From an uncultured Gammaproteobacteria bacterium (GTDB taxonomy: Bacteria > Patescibacteriota > Microgenomatia > UBA10105 > UBA927): DNA of 63,105 nt. Made by a program: the position numbers and the translations under genes. The notes below the pieces were generated by a model. The model searched no databases. It saw only the letters and a program-made list of their open reading frames with translations, and had not been told where the DNA came from. Shown piece by piece: positions 20,762-30,993 of this stretch; the stretch's first letter is position 1; every line of letters starts with the position of its first letter. Where the stretch lies: contig CAZUOM010000002.1 of the NCBI GenBank assembly GCA_964621305.1, positions 1-63,105 on the forward strand, read 5' to 3'.

Positions 20762-21692
20762 GTTGTTTTAAGAAGTGAGCAAGAATTTTTTTAGCATCTT
20801 TTTGGATCATGCTGTAATGAAAGGGTAAAATTTTATCGAAATCGTAGGCGAGAAGTTTTTTCGCGCTTGCCAGTCGCTCTCTTATATCGCCGCTTGTTCC
20901 ATCATTATTGGACACAAAATCATAAATTCCTTCTCTTCCATCGCCTTCAACGTGATCTCCAGAAAAAAGAATTTTGTTTTTCGTATCCAAAAGGAGGGCG
21001 CTGCCTGGCGTATGACCGGGGACATGAATAACCTGCAAGTGATCAGCAAATTTATATCCGTCGTCGACGAGAACATCTGGTTTAACAGTTAGCCATTGGT
21101 TATTTCCGTCATTTTTGTGAAGGTAAATTTTCGCTCGATATTCCTTCTGAAGCTTTTTCGCTTCGCCGGCTGTTGGACCATGAGACATAAAGAGTTTAAC
21201 CGGCTTATCAAAATGATCAATAAAATCCTCGTGTTCTTCGGTTAGCTGCTGAGGGCCGTCAATCAAAACTAAAAAATCTTTTTCTTCAATAAGATAACTT
21301 CCCACGTCCTCGCCATAAAAAGTTTGTTCGGGGAAACGATAGACGTTGGTCGCTATTTTAAAACGGTCGTTTGTAACGGTTTCATTGCCGTTTGCTTTCC
21401 AATCTGCCAAACCGCCTGAATATTCTAGTATATTTGTGTAGCCAAGTTTTGTAAGCTCTTTCAGGCAACGAACGCTTGCAGCGCACGTAAATCCGTCGCA
21501 AGAAGTAACGATAATAGATTTTTTATCAAGCAAAAGCTTGCCTGCTCGATCACGAACATACTTCCAACGCAAATTTTGGGCTCCAATAATGTGTTCCCAG
21601 TTGAAATAATCAACGCCTCGGCAATCAAGAAGCGTAAATTTTTTTCCTGATGTTATCAACTCTTTAAGTTCTTGGGTTGTAATTTCTTTCAT
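20742..21692 (-). CDS. Rhodanese plus metallo-beta-lactamase-fold fusion
   Basis: LLDCRG..F...HI.GA, CDGFTCAAS, YSGGLADW; then PGHTPGS and FSGDH. HxHxDH is degenerate (SHGPTA). Confidence 0.8.
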   Translation of the reverse strand: MKEITTQELKELITSGKKFTLLDCRGVDYFNWEHIIGAQNLRWKYVRDRAGKLLLDKKSIIVTSCDGFTCAASVRCLKELTKLGYTNILEYSGGLADWKANGNETVTNDRFKIATNVYRFPEQTFYGEDVGSYLIEEKDFLVLIDGPQQLTEEHEDFIDHFDKPVKLFMSHGPTAGEAKKLQKEYRAKIYLHKNDGNNQWLTVKPDVLVDDGYKFADHLQVIHVPGHTPGSALLLDTKNKILFSGDHVEGDGREGIYDFVSNNDGTSGDIRERLASAKKLLAYDFDKILPFHYSMIQKDAKKILAHFLKQHEYNNH

Positions 21693-21694
21693 TG

Positions 21695-22024
21695 TTAACG
21701 TATTTGCGAAATACTACTATCAACAAAACTCTTGATAGAAACAAGCGCTTCTTTATTTGGCTTACAGTAAACAAACTTTCCATTTTTCTTGCACTCGATA
21801 AGCCCCCCTTGTCTCAAGTCATCTATGTAACTAGAGACTGTCGATTGTGGAAGTTTCAGATCCTTTACTACACCAGTAACACAGTTGCCTGTATAGCCTT
21901 TTGCCGTATCTAAATCGCAATCGCAGCCCTCGGCAAGGATTTTTAAGAATATCGAAAGGCGCAAGGGGTTTCCTAAAAGATCCATGTATCGAGACACGGA
22001 GCGATAGAACAGCAGCTTAGTCAT
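21695..22024 (-). CDS. ArsR/SmtB-family transcriptional regulator
   Basis: LGNPLRLSIF...LPQSTVS....LRQGGLI...K.GK.VYC; TTGACA-N16-TATAAT upstream. Confidence 0.85.
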   Translation of the reverse strand: MTKLLFYRSVSRYMDLLGNPLRLSIFLKILAEGCDCDLDTAKGYTGNCVTGVVKDLKLPQSTVSSYIDDLRQGGLIECKKNGKFVYCKPNKEALVSIKSFVDSSISQIR

Positions 22025-22089
22025 ATACACATATTATATCACATTTTTACGATATGTCAAGCGAAGAATAATAAGTATATAATTGTGGC

Positions 22090-24336
22090 ATGGCAAAACT
22101 AAAGAAAGAGAAACTGCCGCAGCATTTGAAGGAACTTCTTAAAATCAGTGGTAAGCCCACGTGGCGCAAAAAGATCAGGAAGTGGTTGCCGTGGACATTT
22201 TGGGTGCTGCCGCTTTTAGTCGTTATTCTTTCATATCTTCTGATTTTCAAAGACCTTCCTTCGCCGACCGGACTGGGCAAATACGATATTCCGCTGGCCA
22301 CCAAAATCTATGACCGAAACGGTAAACTTCTTTTTGACATTTTTGCTGAACAAAACAGGACTCCTGTTCCCCTCAAGGATATTCCAAAACATGTACAGCA
22401 GGCAACAATAGCTATAGAAGATAAAGACTTTTATAACCACGGCGCGATCGATCCCATCGGTGGGCTGTTGCGGGCGGCAGCAGCGACTGTCACCGGAAAA
22501 AAACTTCAAGGTGGTTCAACGATCACACAACAGATGGTTAAATCAGCTCTTCTTACTCCGGAGCGAACCATCATACGAAAAATAAAAGAAATTATTTTGG
22601 CGTTTTGGGTCGAGATCCTGTACCCGAAAGATAAAATCCTTGAACTCTACCTTAACCAAGTCCCCTACGGCGGAACCGCGTGGGGCATAGAAACAGCCAG
22701 TGAAAAATACTTCGCTAAATCCGTGCGCGAACTGACATTGGCTGAGGCCACACTTCTTACGGGCCTGCCGCAAGCGCCGACGCTCTACTCCCCATTTGGA
22801 GCTCACCCGGAGCTAGCTAGAAAGCGACAAAAAGAAGTGTTGCGTCGGATGGTGGAGGACCGCTACATTACCCAAAATCAGGCAGACGCGGCCATAAGCG
22901 AAGAGCTCCACTTTAAAAACGAACCAAATATCAAGGCCGCTCACTTTGTCATGTACGTCAAAGAAGAGTTAGTAGAAAAGTTTGGCGAACGACTCGTTGA
23001 GCAGGGCGGGCTCAAAGTAACGACTACGCTTGACCTGTCTTTGCAAGAGCATTCTCAAGCAACTGTGGCAGCAGAAGTAGCAAAACTCAAAAATTTGCGC
23101 GTCACCAATGGCGCTGCGTTAATCACAAAACCTGCTACCGGCGAGATATTGGCTATGGTCGGCTCCACAGACTACTTTGCCTCGCGATCGGGAAACTTTA
23201 ACGTCACGACAGCCCCTCGCCAACCTGGCTCATCAATTAAACCAATTAATTACGCCATTGGCCTAGAAAAAAAAATTATTACTCCGGCAACTATGTTTCT
23301 AGACGTTCCAACGTGTTTTGCCAACGTCAACCAGCCTAACTACTGCCCAAAAAATTATGACGGGCAATTTCACGGACCCGTGCAAGCCCGCTTTGCACTG
23401 GGCAACTCATATAACATCCCGGCGGTCAAAATGCTCTACTTAAATACAGTTAGTGACATGGTGGCATCGGCTTCGGCCTTCGGTTTGGACACGCTTGTTG
23501 ACCCAAGCCGCTACGGCCTTTCACTGACTCTTGGCGGCGGCGAAGTACGTATGACTGATATGGCAGAGGCATTCGGCGTATTTGCAAACGCAGGTGTAAG
23601 AAAAGATTTGATAGCAATACTTAAAGTCGTCGATAAGCGGGGAAAGCTGCTTTTCGAACGTAAAGACCCAAATCTCACTCAAGAAGTTCCCTCGCAACTG
23701 CTCTTGCAAGGACCTCGGGTTTTATCACCGGAAACGAGTTTCCTAGTGTCGCATATGCTTTTGGATAACAACGCTAGAAGTGCCGCCTTCGGACCTAATT
23801 CCGCCCTAGTCATCCCAGGCTACGCGGTATCAGTCAAAACCGGAACAACCGATGATTTGCGGGATAACTGGACGATTGGCTACACGCCGCAAGTCTTGGT
23901 CGCCACCTGGGTCGGCAATAACGACAATACGCCGATGAACCAGACACTAGTTTCAGGTGTAACCGGGGCAGCTCCAATCTGGAATAAGATAATGAAGCGC
24001 GCGCTCGAGGGGAAAACTGATGTCTGGCCCAAACAGCCCGAGGGGGTCGTCGGCGCGCAAGTGTGTTCGCTGACAGGGCTTGCTCCACCTAACCCCGAGG
24101 GAGATGATAAAGGGTGTACCACGCGCTTTGAGTACTTCACCCGCGGCACTGTTCCAACTCAAAGGGAGACAATCAAACAACAAGTGCTTATTGACAAAGA
24201 AACTGGAGATATTGCTCCACCAGGAAAAACAAATAACGTAGAGATCCAGGGGCACGATGTGCTTCGCGACCAAACCAGCGCCACTTGGTGCCTGGACTGC
24301 CCCCACCCGGACGAAAGGGTGACATTGATCAGATGA
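22090..24336 (+). CDS. Class A penicillin-binding protein (PBP1A family), copy 1
   Basis: EDKDFY.H, GGSTITQQ, RKIKE, SSIK (SxxK), SYN, KTGT. Confidence 0.95.
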   Translation: MAKLKKEKLPQHLKELLKISGKPTWRKKIRKWLPWTFWVLPLLVVILSYLLIFKDLPSPTGLGKYDIPLATKIYDRNGKLLFDIFAEQNRTPVPLKDIPKHVQQATIAIEDKDFYNHGAIDPIGGLLRAAAATVTGKKLQGGSTITQQMVKSALLTPERTIIRKIKEIILAFWVEILYPKDKILELYLNQVPYGGTAWGIETASEKYFAKSVRELTLAEATLLTGLPQAPTLYSPFGAHPELARKRQKEVLRRMVEDRYITQNQADAAISEELHFKNEPNIKAAHFVMYVKEELVEKFGERLVEQGGLKVTTTLDLSLQEHSQATVAAEVAKLKNLRVTNGAALITKPATGEILAMVGSTDYFASRSGNFNVTTAPRQPGSSIKPINYAIGLEKKIITPATMFLDVPTCFANVNQPNYCPKNYDGQFHGPVQARFALGNSYNIPAVKMLYLNTVSDMVASASAFGLDTLVDPSRYGLSLTLGGGEVRMTDMAEAFGVFANAGVRKDLIAILKVVDKRGKLLFERKDPNLTQEVPSQLLLQGPRVLSPETSFLVSHMLLDNNARSAAFGPNSALVIPGYAVSVKTGTTDDLRDNWTIGYTPQVLVATWVGNNDNTPMNQTLVSGVTGAAPIWNKIMKRALEGKTDVWPKQPEGVVGAQVCSLTGLAPPNPEGDDKGCTTRFEYFTRGTVPTQRETIKQQVLIDKETGDIAPPGKTNNVEIQGHDVLRDQTSATWCLDCPHPDERVTLIR

Positions 24337-24389
24337 CGTAATATATTAAAGAACCTATAATTAGTATTATTAAACACTACTATTAAAAA

Positions 24390-27218
24390 ATGGAACGGAT
24401 TCCAAATACCGGACAATTTGTTATTGGCCCGGACAATAAAATTCATCGTGGTAACCAGATTCTTAACAATAGTGAAGTCTTGCCGCGCTTATCTGAAGTC
24501 CCGGAACCGTACCGACAGGATTATGAGGGTCTCTGTAGTATGTATGGCAAAGACCGGGTTGATGGGCTGCGCGCTGCGGGTAAAACCGTGGCGGTCTTGT
24601 ACCCCTTTGCCGGCATGGGACACGCGTATCAGGCGTGGGTGCTAGCTGAGTATTACCAGGCCATGGGTTTTCGTGTCGTGTTTGCGGACATATTCGAAAT
24701 TGCCCAACCTGACGAACTCGTACGGCTGAAGATGGAACAAGAGGTTTTGAGATCAATCCATCAAAGCAAGAGAGGCGAGTGGGACACTTTGGTTCGCAGA
24801 GACCCAAAATATTTCGTCTTAGATAAAATCGTTTCAGTGTTCGCCACTATGGGGCACAGCCTATATGCTGCTGGCGCGGAAGACGGAATTAGAAAAACAG
24901 GGCGCCAAAATTTTGTCGAAAAAATAGGGAATGCGATCGGAAAAAACCTAGACAAATCCAAGCACGTAGTGCCGTTTTTGTTTCGACTCCTTGTCCGGCT
25001 TGAACAGCAATTCGTTTCCAAGGAGATGCAAAACTCCATGGTATCCTTTTGCGACAGTCTTGGAGTAGACCTTGTAGCGGCATCGCATACTTGGGGGGTG
25101 CGTCCATTTATCGGGACCAAGTACGAAGATCGGGCGTTTAGCGCCATTCCGGATATAGGCTATAGCGACCCCGCCATCATGTTTTCATTCGCTGCGGTCG
25201 GCAGCCGGATCGCACACGGAACGCCGGGGGGTAGACCCGCAAAACTTTTATCCGATTTTCGTCATATACCGAAGAACCAGAGATTTGATCGGGTTGGCAC
25301 GTTGGCGCAGACACCGGATTATTTGGCAAAAGCGAAATGGGAATCTGATGACCGGTGGGTGATGATTTCGGCTTCCGGCAATAACGATAACCATGATTAT
25401 ATGATGAGGGCATTACAAGATTGGTACAGCTGTTACAAAAATAAGCAAAGCCCGTATGGGCTAATCTTGTTTCTTGGTATGCACAATGGCAAAGAGGTGC
25501 TGAATGAATTGGAGCGATTGGGTTTAACAGGTAATCCAAACATTCACGTCGTGCAGACAGCCAATATGATAGAGACAGCTATATGGCGTTGGTACTGCAA
25601 GCAGGCAGTACAAATTGATATAGCCAAACCCGGAGAAAACCCGCTGGACAGCGGCCCACTTGGAGTTGTTAACCTTGCCATAAAAGCAGGCGCAAGAAAT
25701 GAGGTGAACAACTTAGCCCATGCGGCAATTGACTGGGGGTCTGCAATTCCCTCTGCCTGGCCGCCGGAAGATTACAAATATTGGAAAAGCACCAATGAAT
25801 TTTCGGCATTTACCGCCCCGGGGTTTGAAAGATCTCAGCAAAACTTGTTCGTTTATCTCGATTACCTATTTGGTGAAAATCAGGAGAAAAAAAATTATGC
25901 TAGAGATTGCGCAACCCGGGGTCGCTATAGCGTGCCGCATCAGGCTGGTAAATATTACGCGGCATTAGTAATTAGTAAAATGCTCGGCATAGACTCACTT
26001 AATATGCGCATGGTTGCGTTTCAAAACGTAGAAGAGCGCAAGGAAAAACTGCGCATGGTGCTTGATTTGGTTGGTAGAAACTGGAAAGACGCTCCGTCAG
26101 TTGTGGATTGGCTGCAGGATGCTCTGCTTGAGCTGGCCGGGTATCAACGGGGAGAGATGAATGTGTTTTTAAAGGCTGTTGCACCAAAAACCATGGTAAT
26201 AACCATTCACGGAGGTGCGGCAACACGGTGGGGTGAATCGTTTCAGACTGATGAAGGAAAGCAGATTCTAGATCGCTACGAAATTAATCCATCGGTATCA
26301 ACCAAAGCCAGATGCCTGGTGGACCTTCCGGTTGCCTTCAGTGAGCATTACCCGGATAATGATAGGCAGCCGGTTATTGCATGGAATTTTGAGGCAGTCA
26401 GGGATATCGTCTGCGCCGGAGCAAGCCACATGGTGATAGCAGGTTCAGAAAAAAACAAAGATGAGCTTCTCGGAGTCGCCTCTCAAATGGGGATGGATGG
26501 AAGCTTTGGAAGATTGCAGAAAGTAAGAGACCGTAAGCTAAAAGTGCAAGGCCACGGTGATGCGCTACTACAGCAGCTAGATGACCTGAAAAAAGCAAAA
26601 GAACAAGGAATAGAGTATTTAGTGGCACATTTTGCCGGAGACGCTACTGATTCGCGCAGTGTTCAAATGAGCCTTTTGCTTCAGTACGTACTCAAATTAA
26701 ATGGTAAACCCGTCTCGGGCGTTTTACCGACGGCACCCATGGCGATCCCCAAGTATCCGGTCTACCGTGATACCATGGGCCGGAGTGTCTTTCTTGGCCA
26801 CGAAAAATTATATGGTCCTAACTCTGTAGGCAATCCTCTGGCAAAAGTGGTACAGCTGACGTTTGATGGCAAGGAGGATCTTTTTGAAACCGGCGGGTCC
26901 AATATCGGGGTATGGGTTTTTGACCTGCCTCAGACAATTGAAGTGCTTGATAGCGTTGTCGGGCTCTACGACGAAGCTCATACGTTTGCAAGGCTGCCTG
27001 GTCACGGAGCCAAACAGATGGATGAGTTTGCCCTCGACGACCTCGTCCGAATGCTGGGCGATGTGGTTCAAATTATGGTATCGAGCAAAAAAGAGATAGC
27101 TTCTAGCGTTAAAGCCCTCACGGATATTACGGGATTTCTAGAGAGTGTTGCTGCTGTTAAAAGTCGCCAGCGCTCTCGCAAAAGCAGACAAAAAATACTC
27201 AAACCATTCCTCTTGTAG
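24390..27218 (+). CDS. Putative GT-B glycosyltransferase fused to a GlmU-like nucleotidyltransferase domain
   Basis: N-half AGMGH, SHTWG, SASG, IAKPGE; C-half IHGGAATRW, GHGDAL, FAGD, NIGVWVF. Confidence 0.6.
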   Translation: MERIPNTGQFVIGPDNKIHRGNQILNNSEVLPRLSEVPEPYRQDYEGLCSMYGKDRVDGLRAAGKTVAVLYPFAGMGHAYQAWVLAEYYQAMGFRVVFADIFEIAQPDELVRLKMEQEVLRSIHQSKRGEWDTLVRRDPKYFVLDKIVSVFATMGHSLYAAGAEDGIRKTGRQNFVEKIGNAIGKNLDKSKHVVPFLFRLLVRLEQQFVSKEMQNSMVSFCDSLGVDLVAASHTWGVRPFIGTKYEDRAFSAIPDIGYSDPAIMFSFAAVGSRIAHGTPGGRPAKLLSDFRHIPKNQRFDRVGTLAQTPDYLAKAKWESDDRWVMISASGNNDNHDYMMRALQDWYSCYKNKQSPYGLILFLGMHNGKEVLNELERLGLTGNPNIHVVQTANMIETAIWRWYCKQAVQIDIAKPGENPLDSGPLGVVNLAIKAGARNEVNNLAHAAIDWGSAIPSAWPPEDYKYWKSTNEFSAFTAPGFERSQQNLFVYLDYLFGENQEKKNYARDCATRGRYSVPHQAGKYYAALVISKMLGIDSLNMRMVAFQNVEERKEKLRMVLDLVGRNWKDAPSVVDWLQDALLELAGYQRGEMNVFLKAVAPKTMVITIHGGAATRWGESFQTDEGKQILDRYEINPSVSTKARCLVDLPVAFSEHYPDNDRQPVIAWNFEAVRDIVCAGASHMVIAGSEKNKDELLGVASQMGMDGSFGRLQKVRDRKLKVQGHGDALLQQLDDLKKAKEQGIEYLVAHFAGDATDSRSVQMSLLLQYVLKLNGKPVSGVLPTAPMAIPKYPVYRDTMGRSVFLGHEKLYGPNSVGNPLAKVVQLTFDGKEDLFETGGSNIGVWVFDLPQTIEVLDSVVGLYDEAHTFARLPGHGAKQMDEFALDDLVRMLGDVVQIMVSSKKEIASSVKALTDITGFLESVAAVKSRQRSRKSRQKILKPFLL

Positions 27219-27250
27219 AAAGCCCATAGCCTGTGATAAACTAGCTGGCT

Positions 27251-29491
27251 ATGGCTGGGAATAAAGCGCCAAACAGAAAATTTGATCTTTGGGAATTTTC
27301 TCTTCTTGAGTTTTTAGTAATTCCTATCCTGGTTGTTATCCGAGTAGGCGACATAACACGCTTCTTCATTCGTTCTCTCGTCAATGTTTTTATAAAAACC
27401 TATAATATAATTTCCTTTGTCAGCAAAGAGGCTGCCACTGGCGCTCGTCACTGGCTAAGAGAAAAAACCCGGAAAAAAAGGGCAAAAATTTCGCTACCAA
27501 CGATTGTATTTCCAAAAATTTCAATCACTGAACAATGGAAGTCGTTTGTTGCGGGAGTAGTTGTCACCGTGGTTATTTTATTCATCCCCTATAACGCGTA
27601 TGTCTGGCTTAAAAATCTGCCCAATCCGCAGCTTCTCACCAAAAGAGATCTTGAAGTCACTACAAAGATTTTTGATCGAAACGGAGCACTTCTTTATGAA
27701 GTCTATGCCGATCAAAACAGGACGCCGGTAGCCCTTGCCGACATTCCCGCGTTTGTCAAACAGGCAACCATTGCAATCGAAGACAAAGATTTTTACCGCC
27801 ACCAAGGGTTTTCAATTTTTGGTATTCTCCGATCCATTCGGGAAATTCTTCTCAACAGGCGAATTCAAGGAGGATCAACGATTACCCAACAGCTTATTAA
27901 GTCTACTCTTTTGACCCCGGAAGTAAAAATATCGCGCAAAATCAAGGAAATACTGCTCGCTTTCTGGGCAGAACGAATCTACAGCAAAAATCTGATTCTG
28001 GAAATGTATCTCAATCAGGTGCCCTACGGCGGCACCGCCTGGGGGATAGAAGCGGCCTCTCAAACGTACTTCGGAAAAAGCGTCAAACAGCTCACGCTTC
28101 CCGAAGCGGCGCTTCTGGCGAGTCTCCCTGCTGCTCCAAGTGAGTATTCTCCGTTTGGCAGTCACCCGGAAAAAGCATTTGAGCGCCAGGCAGAAGTCCT
28201 ACGTCGGATGGTGGAGGACCGCTATATTACCAAACAAGATGCAGAGGAAGCACTTGCCCGGACAGTCCATTTTGTTGCGCCCCGAACCGGAATCCGCGCT
28301 CCTCACTTTGTCATGTATGTACGAAATATTTTAGTCAAGCGCTACGGCCCCCGCCTGGTGGAACGAGGAGGCTTGCGCATCACTACCTCTTTGGATATCA
28401 ACATCCAGGAAAAAGCAGATGACATTGTCAGAAGCCATATCGAAGCTCTTAAGCATTTGCGCGTCGGCAACAGCGCTGCCCTTGTTACAAATCCAAAAAC
28501 CGGTGAAATCCTGGCAATGGTCGGCAGCAAAAACTACTTTGATCTGCCCGCCGAGGGAAACGTTAACGTCACTACAAGTCTGCGCCAGCCCGGCTCTTCT
28601 ATTAAAGTCGTAAATTACGCTGCGGCTTTGGAAATGGGACTTACCGCGGCAACTATTTTAGACGATTCCCCGGTCGTCTATCGCGTACCCGGCAGTCCTC
28701 CTTATTCGCCAGTCAACTACAACGGCCGCTTCCACGGGCCGACGCCGCTTCGATATGCTCTGGGAAACTCCTACAATATTCCGGCAGTCAAAACGTTAGC
28801 TAAAATCGGCGTCAAAACAATGATTGATAAAGGGGAACTTATGGGTATTGAGTCATGGAAAGACGAAAGCCGATACGGCCTTTCGCTGACCCTCGGCGGC
28901 GGTGATGTAACTATGCTTGAAATGGCAAAAGTTTTTGGGACTCTCGCTAACTCCGGCAAGCGCGTCGACCTTATGCCGGTTTTAGAAATTACCGACTATA
29001 CGGGGAAAGTCATTGAAAAAAATACGCCTAAAAAGGGGGTACAGGCTGTAAAACTTGAAGTCAGTTGGATTTTGGGAAATATTCTCAGTGATAATGCCGC
29101 GCGAACCAGCGCCTTCGGACCAAATTCTGCTCTGGTTATCAAAGACAAAACTGTTTCAGTCAAAACCGGAACAAGTAACGACAAGAGAGATAACTGGACG
29201 ATCGGCTACACTCCTTCAGTCGTGGCCGCAGTGTGGGTTGGCAATAACAATAATGCGCCCATGGACCCTTACTTAACCAGTGGCGTAACTGGCGCCGCCC
29301 CGATCTGGCACGATATCATGACGGAAATCCTAAAAGACAGACCGGATGAGGTGGCGCCAAAACCGGATAACGTTGTCGCCCTGCCCTGCTACTTTGGGAG
29401 AGTCGAGTATTTTGTCCGCGGCACCGAGCCGTCCGGCGGCCGCTGCGGCCCGCTGCCCACGCCGTCGCCTTCGCCTACCCCAAGGACCTGA
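27251..29491 (+). CDS. Class A penicillin-binding protein (PBP1A family), copy 2
   Basis: EDKDFY.H, GGSTITQQ, SSIK, SYN, KTGT. Confidence 0.95.
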   Translation: MAGNKAPNRKFDLWEFSLLEFLVIPILVVIRVGDITRFFIRSLVNVFIKTYNIISFVSKEAATGARHWLREKTRKKRAKISLPTIVFPKISITEQWKSFVAGVVVTVVILFIPYNAYVWLKNLPNPQLLTKRDLEVTTKIFDRNGALLYEVYADQNRTPVALADIPAFVKQATIAIEDKDFYRHQGFSIFGILRSIREILLNRRIQGGSTITQQLIKSTLLTPEVKISRKIKEILLAFWAERIYSKNLILEMYLNQVPYGGTAWGIEAASQTYFGKSVKQLTLPEAALLASLPAAPSEYSPFGSHPEKAFERQAEVLRRMVEDRYITKQDAEEALARTVHFVAPRTGIRAPHFVMYVRNILVKRYGPRLVERGGLRITTSLDINIQEKADDIVRSHIEALKHLRVGNSAALVTNPKTGEILAMVGSKNYFDLPAEGNVNVTTSLRQPGSSIKVVNYAAALEMGLTAATILDDSPVVYRVPGSPPYSPVNYNGRFHGPTPLRYALGNSYNIPAVKTLAKIGVKTMIDKGELMGIESWKDESRYGLSLTLGGGDVTMLEMAKVFGTLANSGKRVDLMPVLEITDYTGKVIEKNTPKKGVQAVKLEVSWILGNILSDNAARTSAFGPNSALVIKDKTVSVKTGTSNDKRDNWTIGYTPSVVAAVWVGNNNNAPMDPYLTSGVTGAAPIWHDIMTEILKDRPDEVAPKPDNVVALPCYFGRVEYFVRGTEPSGGRCGPLPTPSPSPTPRT

Positions 29492-29518
29492 TTATTTTCT
29501 TAATTAAATGTCTTATTG

Positions 29519-29561
29519 TTTATCTTAAGATAAATATTGACAAAATATTAACACTATGGTA
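29519..29561 (+). promoter_or_regulatory. TA promoter with an adjacent 16-bp palindrome
   Basis: TTTATCTTAAGATAAA (29519-29534), then TTGACA-N17-TAGTCT. Confidence 0.6.
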
Positions 29562-29571
29562 GTCTCTAATT

Positions 29572-29892
29572 ATGCAATTACAATCAATTTCGGACCAAAC
29601 CCCCAACGTCATTTCCATTACCCAGGTTCGTGAAGATATCGATATTTTGACAAAGGCATTGAACGAATTTGGCAGAGTACGGGTATTGCGTGGCCAGAAA
29701 GTCTTGTTTGATGCTGTTGATCCCTCTTTTGAAGAAAAACGGCGGGAAAGGATCAAAAAAGCAGTGGCGCAAATTAGGTTTGTGGCCCAAAAATATAAAA
29801 ACAAAAAAGGTTCGATATCTGCGACAGAATGGTTAATCAAAGAGCGCGATCGGATGCGAACCAAAAAATATTATGAAGATCGTAACCGTTGA
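29572..29892 (+). CDS. Putative Phd/YefM-like antitoxin
   Basis: ISITQVR...RVRVLR N-terminus; directly upstream of and overlapping a PIN toxin. Confidence 0.55.
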   Translation: MQLQSISDQTPNVISITQVREDIDILTKALNEFGRVRVLRGQKVLFDAVDPSFEEKRRERIKKAVAQIRFVAQKYKNKKGSISATEWLIKERDRMRTKKYYEDRNR

Positions 29893-30298
29893 CACTTCTG
29901 TAATTGCAAAGTGGTATTGCACAGAAAACGAGGCAGATTTAGACAAAAGTTACCAGCTTCAAGAATTTATTGTTGACGAAAAATATTTCCTGATTTGCCC
30001 TCGAATTATTACTTTAGAACTGGTAAACGTCTTAAGATTTAGCAAGAAGATGTCCCACGGCGACTGCCTCAATTCAGTAAATTCATTAATTGATCTTTGC
30101 ACAAATTTAACAGAAACTCCAAAAATGGAATTGGTTACTGAAATCATGTACAAGAGTAACTTAACAAGTTATGATTCGGCGTTTATAGCCTTAGCTGAAT
30201 CGAAGAATTGTCCTCTAATTACTGCCGATTATAAACACCACAAAAAATCTGTCTCCAAAAATATCGTCTGGTTGAAAGAATGGAAAGGATCTTTTTGA
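29873..30298 (+). CDS. vapC: PIN-domain (VapC) toxin
   Basis: VDTSVIAKW, LELVN, YDSAFIALA, LITAD. Confidence 0.88.
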   Translation: MKIVTVDTSVIAKWYCTENEADLDKSYQLQEFIVDEKYFLICPRIITLELVNVLRFSKKMSHGDCLNSVNSLIDLCTNLTETPKMELVTEIMYKSNLTSYDSAFIALAESKNCPLITADYKHHKKSVSKNIVWLKEWKGSF

Positions 30299-30371
30299 TA
30301 GTTTCCCCCGGCTATACTCCTACGCTATATCCATCAGCGAATGATGTCAATAGCTACTAAGCTCTCTTTTA

Positions 30372-30869
30372 TTACTCTGTCACTGCCACCGTTCCGGTGT
30401 CGCTTGGGTTGACGTGGTTGTGGTACTTCCATGTTCCAACCTTGGTAAAGGTATAGCCGTACGCTCCACCTTTGGCCACACTTTTTAGATGGTCAAACCC
30501 TGGCAATAACTGGTGGGTCGGATGGACTGCCGAAGCCACCCACATACCACCGCTTGATCCGTTAATAAATGTTACACTTGTTCCCTTTTTTACGGTGACA
30601 GTTGATGGAGCAAACCCGGTATCAGTATAGGTTACTACCGAGTCCGCAATATCGCTTAGTTTTACTCCACCCTTTTGGCCTTCCATAGCGCCGGTCGGCT
30701 CAACCGTGGTCACAACCATTTCCGTTGGCGCTGGAGTCGATTCAACCACCGGCATCGCCTCTTCAACCGGAACCTCGCTACTAGGTTTATTCTCGCCTCT
30801 AAGCACATACCAACCAACCCCTAATCCAGCTAAAATTACGACAAGGCCAAGAAGTAATTTACTATTCAT
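30372..30869 (-). CDS. Membrane-anchored cupredoxin-fold protein
   Basis: FAPSTVTVKKGTSVTFIN...HPTH...YTFTKVGTWKYHNH; lacks the type-1 Cu Cys. Confidence 0.75.
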   Translation of the reverse strand: MNSKLLLGLVVILAGLGVGWYVLRGENKPSSEVPVEEAMPVVESTPAPTEMVVTTVEPTGAMEGQKGGVKLSDIADSVVTYTDTGFAPSTVTVKKGTSVTFINGSSGGMWVASAVHPTHQLLPGFDHLKSVAKGGAYGYTFTKVGTWKYHNHVNPSDTGTVAVTE

Positions 30870-30926
30870 TTGATATCACCCCCTTTTAGAAAGACTTAAC
30901 GAGTTTTACGAATTTACTCTTTCTTA

Positions 30927-30988
30927 AACCCGCCGACGAAGCGCAGCATGAGTCCGCCGGCTGGCGGACGAATGCTAAGCTAAGACGG
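30927..30988. repeat. REP-like nested hairpin with core TCCGCCGGCTGGCGGA
   Basis: Core at 30953-30968 flanked by AGCAT/ATGCT and CCCG/CGGG arms, just 3' of the YkuK-like gene. Confidence 0.55.
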
Positions 30989-30993
30989 GCTTC

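Noticed and set aside
22843-28230. Near-identical ~30-nt stretches in the two PBP genes as a repeat element or gene conversion
   Set aside because: They encode conserved paralog motifs; ordinary paralogy explains them.
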